A DNA stretch of 55,086 nucleotides from Candidatus Woesearchaeota archaeon. GTDB taxonomy: Archaea > Nanobdellota > Nanobdellia > Pacearchaeales > GW2011-AR1. The stretch is from assembly GCA_964485325.1 (NCBI GenBank), contig CAZAIT010000002.1, positions 1 through 55,086 on the forward strand, read 5' to 3'. Shown piece by piece: positions 44,512 through 52,797 of the stretch (the first letter of the stretch is position 1; each line of letters opens with the position of its first letter). The notes beneath the pieces are model-generated. The model ran no database searches, was not told where the DNA came from, and saw only the letters and a program-made list of their open reading frames with translations. The position numbers were made by a program, and so were the translations under genes.

Positions 44512-46101
44512 ATGGATGAAGGAGTTGTATCAGATGATGGGCAAAGGACGCTTGGGAGAGATGCACAACGGAATAATATTTTAGCGGCTCGTGTTGTAGC
44601 TGAGACGGTGAAAACTACTTTAGGTCCGAAAGGAATGGATAAAATGCTTGTTGATAGGGTTGGAAATATTGTGGTTACAAATGATGGCGTGACTATTTTG
44701 GAAGAGATGGATATAGAACATCCTGCGGCCAAGATGATTGTTGAAATTGCAAAGACACAAGAGAAGGAAGTTGGGGATGGAACTACTACGGCTGTAATGT
44801 TAGCTGGGAAATTGTTAGAAAACGCTGAAAAACTTTTGGATATGAAGATTCATCCTACTATTATTACACGAGGTTATAGATGGGCGGAGGAGAAAGCTCA
44901 AGAAATTTTGAAAGATTTAGCCATAGAAATCAGCTCTAAAGAAGAATTGATGAAAGTTACCCAAACTGCCATGACAGGTAAAGGTGTAGAATATCTAAGA
45001 GAAAAATTTGGTAAAATAGTTGTAGAAGCTGTCGATATTGTTGCCGAGAATGGCCATGTAGATTTAAATGATATTAAAATAGAAAAGCAGAAAGGAAGAT
45101 CAATTGAAGATTCTGAGCTTATTAAGGGGATTGTTTTAGATAAAGAACGAATTAATTTAGAAATGCCCGTTCGTGTTGATGAAGCGAAGATAGCTCTAAT
45201 TGAAGAAGCTTTGGAGATTCATGGTCCTGAAACTGAAGCAAAAATTGCGGTTTCTACTCCAGAACAATTGCAGAGCTTTCTAAATCAAGAAGATTCAATT
45301 TTAAGGGAAAAAGTGGATAAGATTAAAGCATCTGGAGCAAATGTTCTTTTCGTTCAAAAAGGTGTTGATGAATTAGTACAATATTATTTAGCTAAGGCTG
45401 GAATTTATTCTGTACGTAGAGTTCCGAAATCAGATATGCAAAATTTAGCAAAAGCTACTGGTGGAAGGATTGTTTCCAAATTGAATGAGATTAATGAGAG
45501 CGATTTGGGTTATGCTGAATATGTTGAAGAGCGAAAAGATAGCGAGGGTGGTATGACCTATGTAATGGGTTGTAAAAATCCTAAAGCGCTTACTATTCTA
45601 ATTAGAGGCAGTACGGAACATGTTCTCGATGAAGTTGAGCGTGCGGTTCATGACGCTCTAGGGGACGTTGCTGTTACCTTAAAAGATTCCAAAGTTGTTC
45701 CCGGAGGAGGTGCAATTGAAATTGAGTTATCTAAAAGATTGACAGAATTTGCGCATACTCTTAATGGGAGAGAAAGATTGGCTGTTGAACAATTTGCGTC
45801 TACTATGGAATTTATTGCGACAACTTTAGCTGAAAATGCTGGGATGGACCCAATTGATGTTTTAACAGAATTAAGAGCTGCTCATGATGCGGGTATGAAA
45901 AATGCAGGATTAAATTTATTCACCGGTAAAATAGAGGATAATTTAGTTAATGGAATTATTGAACCATTAAGGGTAAAAACTCAAGCGATTGCTTCGGCAG
46001 CAGAAGTTGCGATCATGATTCTAAGAATTGATGATGTTATTGCTGCAAAGAAGACGGTTGGTAATCCTGGAAAGTTAGGTGGAATGGCTGGATATGATTA
46101 G
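44512..46101 (+). CDS. ths: thermosome subunit (group II chaperonin)
   Basis: [39 protein letters not shown] and VPGGGAIE motifs. Confidence 0.95.
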   Translation: MDEGVVSDDGQRTLGRDAQRNNILAARVVAETVKTTLGPKGMDKMLVDRVGNIVVTNDGVTILEEMDIEHPAAKMIVEIAKTQEKEVGDGTTTAVMLAGKLLENAEKLLDMKIHPTIITRGYRWAEEKAQEILKDLAIEISSKEELMKVTQTAMTGKGVEYLREKFGKIVVEAVDIVAENGHVDLNDIKIEKQKGRSIEDSELIKGIVLDKERINLEMPVRVDEAKIALIEEALEIHGPETEAKIAVSTPEQLQSFLNQEDSILREKVDKIKASGANVLFVQKGVDELVQYYLAKAGIYSVRRVPKSDMQNLAKATGGRIVSKLNEINESDLGYAEYVEERKDSEGGMTYVMGCKNPKALTILIRGSTEHVLDEVERAVHDALGDVAVTLKDSKVVPGGGAIEIELSKRLTEFAHTLNGRERLAVEQFASTMEFIATTLAENAGMDPIDVLTELRAAHDAGMKNAGLNLFTGKIEDNLVNGIIEPLRVKTQAIASAAEVAIMILRIDDVIAAKKTVGNPGKLGGMAGYD

Positions 46102-46167
46102 AGGACCTTGAAAAATTCTATTATTGTTTATGGAAATGTTTAAATAAATTAAAAGTGAATAAAATCT

Positions 46168-46848
46168 ATGAATAAAGTCGTGATAAGTTTTGTAATGGTC
46201 TTACTGATTCTAACGGCCAGTGTATTTGCTGGTCCTAAGGATATAAGAGAGGATATTAAAGATCATATTAAAAAAGAAAAAGGTGTGAGTTTAGAAGATA
46301 AAGATATAGCAGAGGTTAATTTTACTGATTTACCCGAAGCTGTAGATATAGAAAAGATTAGAGATACAAATATTGTTATTTATGAAGTTAATTATAGTGA
46401 TAAGCCGCTTTTTGTAATAACATCTTCAAGTGAGTTATTTCAGGAAGAAGTTGTACCGACATATGATACAAGGTTATTATTACAGTTCGGATCCAGCGGA
46501 TCTACCCAAAAATCAGATTTTCTTAATATGGCTAATGGTGTCCAGGGTAGCTTAGAAAAGGGATATGTAATGCTAAGGGATGGAAGTATAACTGGAATTG
46601 CAACAAACCTAGAAATCATGAACTCTGCTAAAGGAGAACAGGTAGAAATTATAATATATAAGAATGGGGAGCAGGTAGGATTTAGGAATGCTTTGAACAC
46701 TGATTCTGTAGGAGTGAAGGTAGATTATGATATTCAATCAAAAGGAATTGTAAACTTTAAAGCAGGAGACGTTATTTCGGTTTATGTAGATTCTGACAAA
46801 GGCACTAGTTGGAGTGATGTCACAACTACAATTGAAATAACTAATTAA
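46168..46848 (+). CDS. secreted protein (226 aa), unknown
   Basis: Signal peptide with SVFA/G cleavage-like site and a beta-rich C-terminal half. Confidence 0.55.
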   Translation: MNKVVISFVMVLLILTASVFAGPKDIREDIKDHIKKEKGVSLEDKDIAEVNFTDLPEAVDIEKIRDTNIVIYEVNYSDKPLFVITSSSELFQEEVVPTYDTRLLLQFGSSGSTQKSDFLNMANGVQGSLEKGYVMLRDGSITGIATNLEIMNSAKGEQVEIIIYKNGEQVGFRNALNTDSVGVKVDYDIQSKGIVNFKAGDVISVYVDSDKGTSWSDVTTTIEITN

Positions 46849-46849
46849 A

Positions 46850-48433
46850 ATGAAAGAAAAAACTAATTTAAAATCTAAGAGAAAATATCTTATAGCCTTT
46901 GGTGTTGTATTAGTTATTGCTTTGGGGATAATCTTTTTCCAAGCTAATTTTTCTGGTAATGTTGTTTTAAATTTAGATGCCGACTATCTTGAAGGAGAAA
47001 ATTTAGATGGAGTGCTTAGGTTGTCTTTAAATAATGGAGAGTTTATTCCCGCATCTTCCTTAGTTGTGTTTGAGAATTCTGAACAGCGAATAGAATTTGT
47101 TTTAGAAGATATTATTTCTGAGGACCCTATTGACGGAAAATATTATATTCAGACTAGAAATCTTTCTGGAGAGGGAATGGGGTATGGAGCAATTGGAAAT
47201 AAAAAAACTTATCCTGAACTTTCTTTTGTGTTTAATGTATATTCTGAATCTGAAATAATCAAAGAAGATGAGTCTGCTGATATAGGAGGGGATGTTGAGA
47301 GTATTCCTGAAGAAATAATTGATTCAGGTGAAGAAATAGTAGACGAACCTGTTAGTAAAAATGAAACCGAGATTATTGAATCTGTAAATGGAACTGTAGA
47401 GACTATAGAACCTTCAGAGGTATTTGAATCTAATGAGTCAGAAAAAGAAATTATAGAGATTACAGAAGAAATAATAGAAAAAGGTGTTGAGAATAGTGAA
47501 CCTGTGATTGAGTCAGAAATTATAGAAGATGCTCCAGAGGCTGATGTAGAGCCCATTGAAGATATCCCAGAAGTCGAACCAAAACCTGCAGATGAACCCG
47601 AAGCTAGCGAGGAAACTCTAGAAGAACCAAAGGAAGCTCCTACTGAGCCCGAAGAACCTTCGATTATAGAGAAAGCTGCTGACGCAATTGCTATGAGTTT
47701 TGCCTCTCTTTTAGGTAGAACATCAATTACTGGGCAGGTAACTTTAGATTTAGAGACAAGTGTTACCGGAGTGGTATCTGAGACTTTATTTAGTTATGAT
47801 TTGAAATCGGGACAAACCGCAGAGCTGTTACCAGGTAGTGTAAAATATGGCAATTTAACTCTTGATGATGACAGTATAAGTTTTGAAGTTAATAATGGAA
47901 AGGTTAGTGTCTCTAGCAATTATTTTGAAAGTGAAGAGGGATATGGTGAAGTTTACTTAGGAGATGGTTTCCAGGTTTTTGAAATTAATCTTTCTGTTAT
48001 TGGATTGAATTTTAGCAAAGGAGATTTAAATATAAATTTTGTTTATAATGAGGAAGAAGTTATTTCTTTATCTACTGTTCTCCAAGAGGGAAAAATCGAA
48101 GATGCTAATGAAGTAGCTTTGGTAGAACCTATTATAATTTCTTCAGAAAATCTCACAGGGGACGAATTACTAATTTTATTTAAGAGATTTAGAAATGTCT
48201 CGGTTGAGACTACTCAATCTGAAGTGATAGACGGGAGATTAATAAGAAATTATAAAATTGGAGATTATGAGTTAATATCTTCTTATGATTATGATATGGG
48301 AATTACGGATTCTTTAAGAGCTCAAATGGAGAGAGATAAGATTAATTTTTTAAGAGATTTGGCTAAATCTATATCAGAGGAAGAGGTTTTTTCCGAAGAG
48401 GTAGAAGAATTTCTTGTAGTATCTAATTTTTAA
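46850..48433 (+). CDS. N-terminally anchored protein with a long acidic (E/I/P-rich) linker
   Basis: TM segment YLIAFGVVLVIALGIIFF and a low-complexity Glu-rich centre. It starts 2 nt after the upstream stop. Confidence 0.55.
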   Translation: MKEKTNLKSKRKYLIAFGVVLVIALGIIFFQANFSGNVVLNLDADYLEGENLDGVLRLSLNNGEFIPASSLVVFENSEQRIEFVLEDIISEDPIDGKYYIQTRNLSGEGMGYGAIGNKKTYPELSFVFNVYSESEIIKEDESADIGGDVESIPEEIIDSGEEIVDEPVSKNETEIIESVNGTVETIEPSEVFESNESEKEIIEITEEIIEKGVENSEPVIESEIIEDAPEADVEPIEDIPEVEPKPADEPEASEETLEEPKEAPTEPEEPSIIEKAADAIAMSFASLLGRTSITGQVTLDLETSVTGVVSETLFSYDLKSGQTAELLPGSVKYGNLTLDDDSISFEVNNGKVSVSSNYFESEEGYGEVYLGDGFQVFEINLSVIGLNFSKGDLNINFVYNEEEVISLSTVLQEGKIEDANEVALVEPIIISSENLTGDELLILFKRFRNVSVETTQSEVIDGRLIRNYKIGDYELISSYDYDMGITDSLRAQMERDKINFLRDLAKSISEEEVFSEEVEEFLVVSNF

Positions 48434-48516
48434 GTTTGTATATTTTTAGAAACGAAGACTTTTTAAATTGAAATGATTTAAATAGTTTATATTATTGGTA
48501 GTATAAGGAGGTTAAA

Positions 48517-48780
48517 ATGAAAAAAATAGTTATAATGGTGGTCATCTTGTCAGTTCTATTGGTTGGAGCTGTGGGGTACATCGGATTTAATTTCTATTCT
48601 AATGCTAGATATTCTCAACAGGTCGGGATTTATAATCAAGGGTATAATGTAGGTGCAGGAGAAACAATTGCACAGATTGTAGAATTAGCGTCTACATGTC
48701 AAGTAGTTCCAATCCCAGTAAGTGAGAATCAAAGTATAGAAATGATTGCTGTTGCATGTTTACAACAACCAGCAGCTTAA
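48517..48780 (+). CDS. small N-terminally anchored protein (87 aa)
   Basis: MKKIVIMVVILSVLLVGAVGYIGF; GGAGGT lies about 8 nt upstream. Confidence 0.45.
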   Translation: MKKIVIMVVILSVLLVGAVGYIGFNFYSNARYSQQVGIYNQGYNVGAGETIAQIVELASTCQVVPIPVSENQSIEMIAVACLQQPAA

Positions 48781-48828
48781 TAATATCCAGTTCTAAATAT
48801 TTATAAATTAGAATTGTTTGGTTGAGTC

Positions 48829-50097
48829 ATGAAGGGAAGTGAATATTTTTTTATTATTGCGGGTTTATTATTGGTCGTAGTAGTTGCTTCGGCGTCTAGT
48901 AGTGAAAATTATAATAATACCTATTTGGTTACAGATTTAGGAGGGAGTCTCAGTTCTGAGACTTCCAATAATAGTATAGTTGGAGGAATTGTTTCTGGAG
49001 ACCTAAGTTCGGATAATTATACTAATCAGCTTGGAGTTTTTTATGGATTGAACGTTGTGCCGGATAATCCAATAGTTTTTTTAAATACTTCGAGTGGGAA
49101 TAATGTAACTTCCAATGATCTTTTGTGTAATGCGGTTGTTCATGACGACGATGGAGATATTTTAACAGTTTCTGTAAACTGGTATTTGAATAATTCCTTA
49201 AATTTAAGTGTTGAATATCCTGGAGTTGCAGATGGTACGAGCTTTAGTGCGATTCTTGATTCTAGTAACACTACTAAAAATGATGTATGGAATTGTGGCA
49301 TGAAGCTTAATGATGGAAGTAGGGATAGTTCTTGGGTTAACGCATCTAATTTAACGATTCTTAATTCCTTGCCTGTCGTGACTTTATTTTCTCCCTCGGA
49401 TAATTCAGCTACTACAAATAGAACTCCATTATTTAATTGGACCGCTATTGATTTAGATGGGGATATTTTGACCTATGATATTAACATAACACCTTATTCT
49501 GGAGACAATCCTTCGGTTCTTGATGTTAGATATGAAACTGGTTTGAATGATTTGAACTTTGTACCTTCTCCTGATTTATTATTACTATACGACAACGGTT
49601 ATCATTATAGGTGGAAAGTTCGAGCAAATGATGGAGATGATTATGGAGAATGGACAGACCAGTGGTCAATTGATATATTATCAGAGGTTAGTATTATTCT
49701 TACCGTAGACAATATCTATTTTGGTGATTTACTTATAGGAGAGTCAAATAGCACAGAAGAAGGGATTGCACCTTTTGAAATAGAAAATAACGGAAATTCT
49801 TTTGTAAATGTGAGTGCGAATGCTTCCTCTCTATGGGAAACAGAAACTAGTGCTAGTGAATATTATCAATTCAAAATAGACAATATTACTGGAGAAGAAG
49901 GCTCTTTTAATTGGCCAGGCTCTAAAACAAATTGGTTTAATGTTCCTTTAACGGGATTTGTCGTTGCTGTTAATCAATTAAATTATACTGATGCTACAGA
50001 TAGTGCTGAAATTGATATTAATATAACAGTTCCTTCCAGTGAGGATCCTGGAATTAAATCTTCATCTATTGTATTCTTGGCGGAGTTATCAGAATAA
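48829..50097 (+). CDS. secreted protein with repeated D-x-DGD-ILT modules
   Basis: N-terminal hydrophobic segment. Two modules (HDDDGDILTVSVNWY..., IDLDGDILTYDINI...RWKVRANDGDDYGEW). Confidence 0.6.
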   Translation: MKGSEYFFIIAGLLLVVVVASASSSENYNNTYLVTDLGGSLSSETSNNSIVGGIVSGDLSSDNYTNQLGVFYGLNVVPDNPIVFLNTSSGNNVTSNDLLCNAVVHDDDGDILTVSVNWYLNNSLNLSVEYPGVADGTSFSAILDSSNTTKNDVWNCGMKLNDGSRDSSWVNASNLTILNSLPVVTLFSPSDNSATTNRTPLFNWTAIDLDGDILTYDINITPYSGDNPSVLDVRYETGLNDLNFVPSPDLLLLYDNGYHYRWKVRANDGDDYGEWTDQWSIDILSEVSIILTVDNIYFGDLLIGESNSTEEGIAPFEIENNGNSFVNVSANASSLWETETSASEYYQFKIDNITGEEGSFNWPGSKTNWFNVPLTGFVVAVNQLNYTDATDSAEIDINITVPSSEDPGIKSSSIVFLAELSE

Positions 50098-50585
50098 TGG
50101 TAAATAAAATAATGTTAAAAATTGATTTGTTTTTAATCATAGGTAGTTTAGTAGTTTTGATTTTCTTGGTAGGATATGTTAGTCCATTGGTAATTTCTCC
50201 ACTGGATAATTATGAAAGTTCTGAAGGGAATATTCTTTTTTTAATAGAAAAAGCAGATAAATTAGTTATTGATGACAATTCCGAATTTACAAGTCCCGAT
50301 GAGTATAATGTAGAAGACGGATTAAAAATTGATTTGGAACCCGGTCAATACTATTGGAAGGCTGTTGGAGTTTTGGGCAGTAAAGTTAGAAGTTTAACTG
50401 TCGAATCTTTAGTTAATTTAGAGTTAAGAAAAGTCGATGGTGAAAGTTATGAAGTGATTAATTCTGGGAATACTAGATTGAATGTTGATGTTTATGATGG
50501 AGTGGAATTGGTTGATAAAATTAAATTAGAGACAGATGAAGGATTGGAATCACAAGGAACTAAATTTGTAGGAGAGATGAAATGA
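50097..50585 (+). CDS. N-terminally anchored protein (162 aa)
   Basis: Start overlaps the upstream stop (ATAATG). TM segment LFLIIGSLVVLIFLVGYV. Confidence 0.5.
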   Translation: MVNKIMLKIDLFLIIGSLVVLIFLVGYVSPLVISPLDNYESSEGNILFLIEKADKLVIDDNSEFTSPDEYNVEDGLKIDLEPGQYYWKAVGVLGSKVRSLTVESLVNLELRKVDGESYEVINSGNTRLNVDVYDGVELVDKIKLETDEGLESQGTKFVGEMK

Positions 50586-51766
50586 AAAAATTAATTTATT
50601 TGTTAATTTGTATTTTTATGATTAGTTCGGTTTATGCTCTTGGTGTTAGTCCTGGACGAGTTACTATTGACTTTGAAGCAGGAGCTCAAAAAGCTGTTAA
50701 TTTTGAAGTTATCAACTCTAAAGGTGAAGATATTGAGCTTAGCTTGTCTGTAGATGGGGATATATCCGAGTATATAAGTATTGGATCCAAAGAAATTTCT
50801 ATATCTTCTTCGGAAGAGTCAAAAGTTTTTAGTTATAATCTTAATTTCCCAGATAGTCTTGAGCCCGGTATTCATAAAGGTAGAATAGTTATTACAGAAG
50901 CCCCAAAAGAGAGTGATAGCGGAGATTCTCATGTTGCTGCTAGATTGGCGGTTGCTACGCAGGTGTATATTAAAGTTCCTTATTTTGGTAAATATGCAAC
51001 TTCTGAAATGGTTATTCATGATGCTGACGAAGGAGAAGATGCTGAATTTATTTTTTCTGTATCTAATGAAGGGACATTTGATTTAGATTCGGTAAGAGCC
51101 GAGGTGGATGTTTATAATTCTCTAGATGAACAAGTTAGTAGTTTTAATACGGAGCCAATCTCTATTTTAAGTGGAGAAAGAAGAGAGCTTATATATGATT
51201 GGAGAGCAGATGTTCCAATTGGAGAGTATAGGGCTGTGGCTACAGTAATTTATGATGGAGAGGTAGTAAATCTTGAAGGAACTTTTAGTGTTGGAAGCAG
51301 AGATTTAGAATTAAAAGATATTAGTGTTAATGATTTCTCCTTAGGAGAAATTGTAAAGTTAGAAATGCTTATTGAGAGTAAGTGGAGTGAACCTATTGAA
51401 GGGGCATACGTGGAGACACAGATTAAAAATGATAAAGGAGAGGTTGTATCTATCTTTGAATCAGCTGCTCATGCTATTGAACCTTTATCTGAGAGAGTGT
51501 TTATCTCTTATTGGGATACAGAAGATGTGGATTCCGGAGATTATGATGCTAAAGTTTCTATCAATTATGGTGAAAAAAGTTCCAGTAAGAATTTGGAGTT
51601 TCAAGTGAGAAATAATAAATTGACTGTTATTGGACTAGGTTATGTTATATCTAACGGAGACGGCGATTCTGGTAGTTTAGTCACAGTTTTAGTAATTGTA
51701 ATAGTTTTCCTTGTTTTAGTAAATTTAGTTTGGTTCTTAGTATTAAGAAAAAAAGTAAAAAAATAG
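50582..51766 (+). CDS. secreted two-domain Ig-like protein with C-terminal TM anchor
   Basis: Signal MKKLIYLLICIFMISSVYA/LGVSPGRVTIDF, a C-terminal TM segment followed by RKKVKK, and an ATGA overlap with the upstream gene. Confidence 0.6.
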   Translation: MKKLIYLLICIFMISSVYALGVSPGRVTIDFEAGAQKAVNFEVINSKGEDIELSLSVDGDISEYISIGSKEISISSSEESKVFSYNLNFPDSLEPGIHKGRIVITEAPKESDSGDSHVAARLAVATQVYIKVPYFGKYATSEMVIHDADEGEDAEFIFSVSNEGTFDLDSVRAEVDVYNSLDEQVSSFNTEPISILSGERRELIYDWRADVPIGEYRAVATVIYDGEVVNLEGTFSVGSRDLELKDISVNDFSLGEIVKLEMLIESKWSEPIEGAYVETQIKNDKGEVVSIFESAAHAIEPLSERVFISYWDTEDVDSGDYDAKVSINYGEKSSSKNLEFQVRNNKLTVIGLGYVISNGDGDSGSLVTVLVIVIVFLVLVNLVWFLVLRKKVKK

Positions 51767-51990
51767 GCTCCCTCTTTTGAAAGAGGCGGATTGTAAATCC
51801 TAACGTTTTTCTCGCTTGTTCGAAAAAAAGAGGTTCCCTGGCGTCTCGACAAGTACCTTCTGAGGAAGGCAAATCAGAAAACCATATTCTGAATGTTACA
51901 CATTCAACTTCGTGCTTGTCCGGTGCTTCGTAAAACTTCGCTTTATCGTGCTGTCCAGAGGACTCCTGCACGCGCTCGTTTCGGACTTCA
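51767..51990 (-). ncRNA. unclassified structured RNA candidate (strand tentative)
   Basis: The segment is visibly GC-richer than its flanks and has many perfect local hairpins. On the minus strand a terminal hairpin CCUCUUUCAAAAGAGG is followed by a U-run. There is a long-range complement AAGUCCGAAACG / CGUUAGGAUUU. Confidence 0.4.
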
Positions 51991-51999
51991 CATTGTTTA

Positions 52000-52365
52000 T
52001 TATATGTTAATAATTATCTGAAGTTTATCTATTATTAAGACTGGCATTAGAGATTCTCTTTTCCCTGTTTTTTCTGCATGGAATTCTATAAATCCGAATC
52101 TTTCCAATGTGTTTATATCTTCTCTGACAGATTTAAAGTCTCTTTCTAGTAATTTTGCTAGGGCATATATTGATTTTGGATGTTTTGATTTTAAAATGTA
52201 TAAGATTCTAGCTTTTTCGTTGCTTAATAGAGATCTAAGTAGTTTGATGTCGGAGAAATCATGAGGTTTTTTAACTCCAGTCATCTTAGAAGTGAACCTT
52301 GTTTTATTTACGTTTACATCTACGTATCTTATTTTTGTTTTTTGTTTTTTTGTTTTTTGTGCCAT
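52000..52365 (-). CDS. winged-helix transcriptional regulator (ArsR/MarR-like, antitoxin-like family)
   Basis: ARILYILKSKHPKSIYALAKLLERDFKSVREDINTLERFGFIEF is an HTH pattern. Confidence 0.6.
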   Translation of the reverse strand: MAQKTKKQKTKIRYVDVNVNKTRFTSKMTGVKKPHDFSDIKLLRSLLSNEKARILYILKSKHPKSIYALAKLLERDFKSVREDINTLERFGFIEFHAEKTGKRESLMPVLIIDKLQIIINI

Positions 52366-52518
52366 TTGTATTCTAATTCATATATATGGTAAGTTTGTTT
52401 AGATATATAAATCTTATGTTTTTTAGATATGGGTTATTTTGTACCATATATAGATATTGTTTGAAATTTGTGTATAATGTGTTTTTTGTGAAAATGTTAT
52501 ACTTTCTCATGATAACGG

Positions 52519-52532
52519 AAGCTTTATAAATA
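52519..52532 (+). promoter_or_regulatory. BRE/TATA element P1 (AAGCTTTATAAATA) upstream of the S-layer gene
   Basis: Matches the AAGC-TTTATAAA motif seen upstream of tbp and tfb. Confidence 0.4.
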
Positions 52533-52583
52533 AACCTCTGAAAACAGGTATTTTTAAACGAAATCTGTTGAGATGAGCGGGGT

Positions 52584-52595
52584 AAGCTTTATATA
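52584..52595 (+). promoter_or_regulatory. BRE/TATA element P2 (AAGCTTTATATA) upstream of the S-layer gene
   Basis: A second copy lies 65 bp downstream of P1. It implies a 5' leader of roughly 180 nt before the ATG at 52798. Confidence 0.45.
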
Positions 52596-52797
52596 GGGAA
52601 AATGAGTGTTGTAGTTATGCGTTATTGTTTATCAATGATGCTGACTAGTCAGTGTTCGTATAGGGACCCTAGTGATGACACTTATAACGCTCCCTAAGTT
52701 ATAAGACTTGCCAGACTATTAGAAATGTTGAATTCGCATTTGCGAAGCCTTGAAGAAGGCGGCTAAACTAATAGTACTGAAAGGAGGTTTAATAATA

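Noticed and set aside
51681-51971. 96-aa minus-strand ORF across the GC-rich segment
   Set aside because: It runs into the antisense of the upstream gene's C-terminus and has a composition unlike other genes here. The region is packed with perfect hairpins, so an RNA or a degraded gene is more likely. It is kept as an alternative in the findings.
51767-52015. Assignment of the GC-rich segment as RNase P RNA
   Set aside because: GAAGUCCG and GGAUUUAC resemble CR-I and CR-V. However, the upstream sequence is AT-rich coding DNA with no P1-P3, the conserved bulged U of P4 would be base-paired, and I could not place CR-II, CR-III or CR-IV. This is not enough for a call.
52640-52700. C/D-box sRNA in the S-layer leader (AUGAUGC...CUGA...GUGAUGA)
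   Set aside because: C-like and C'-like boxes are present, but there is no properly placed terminal D box (CUGA) and no terminal stem.
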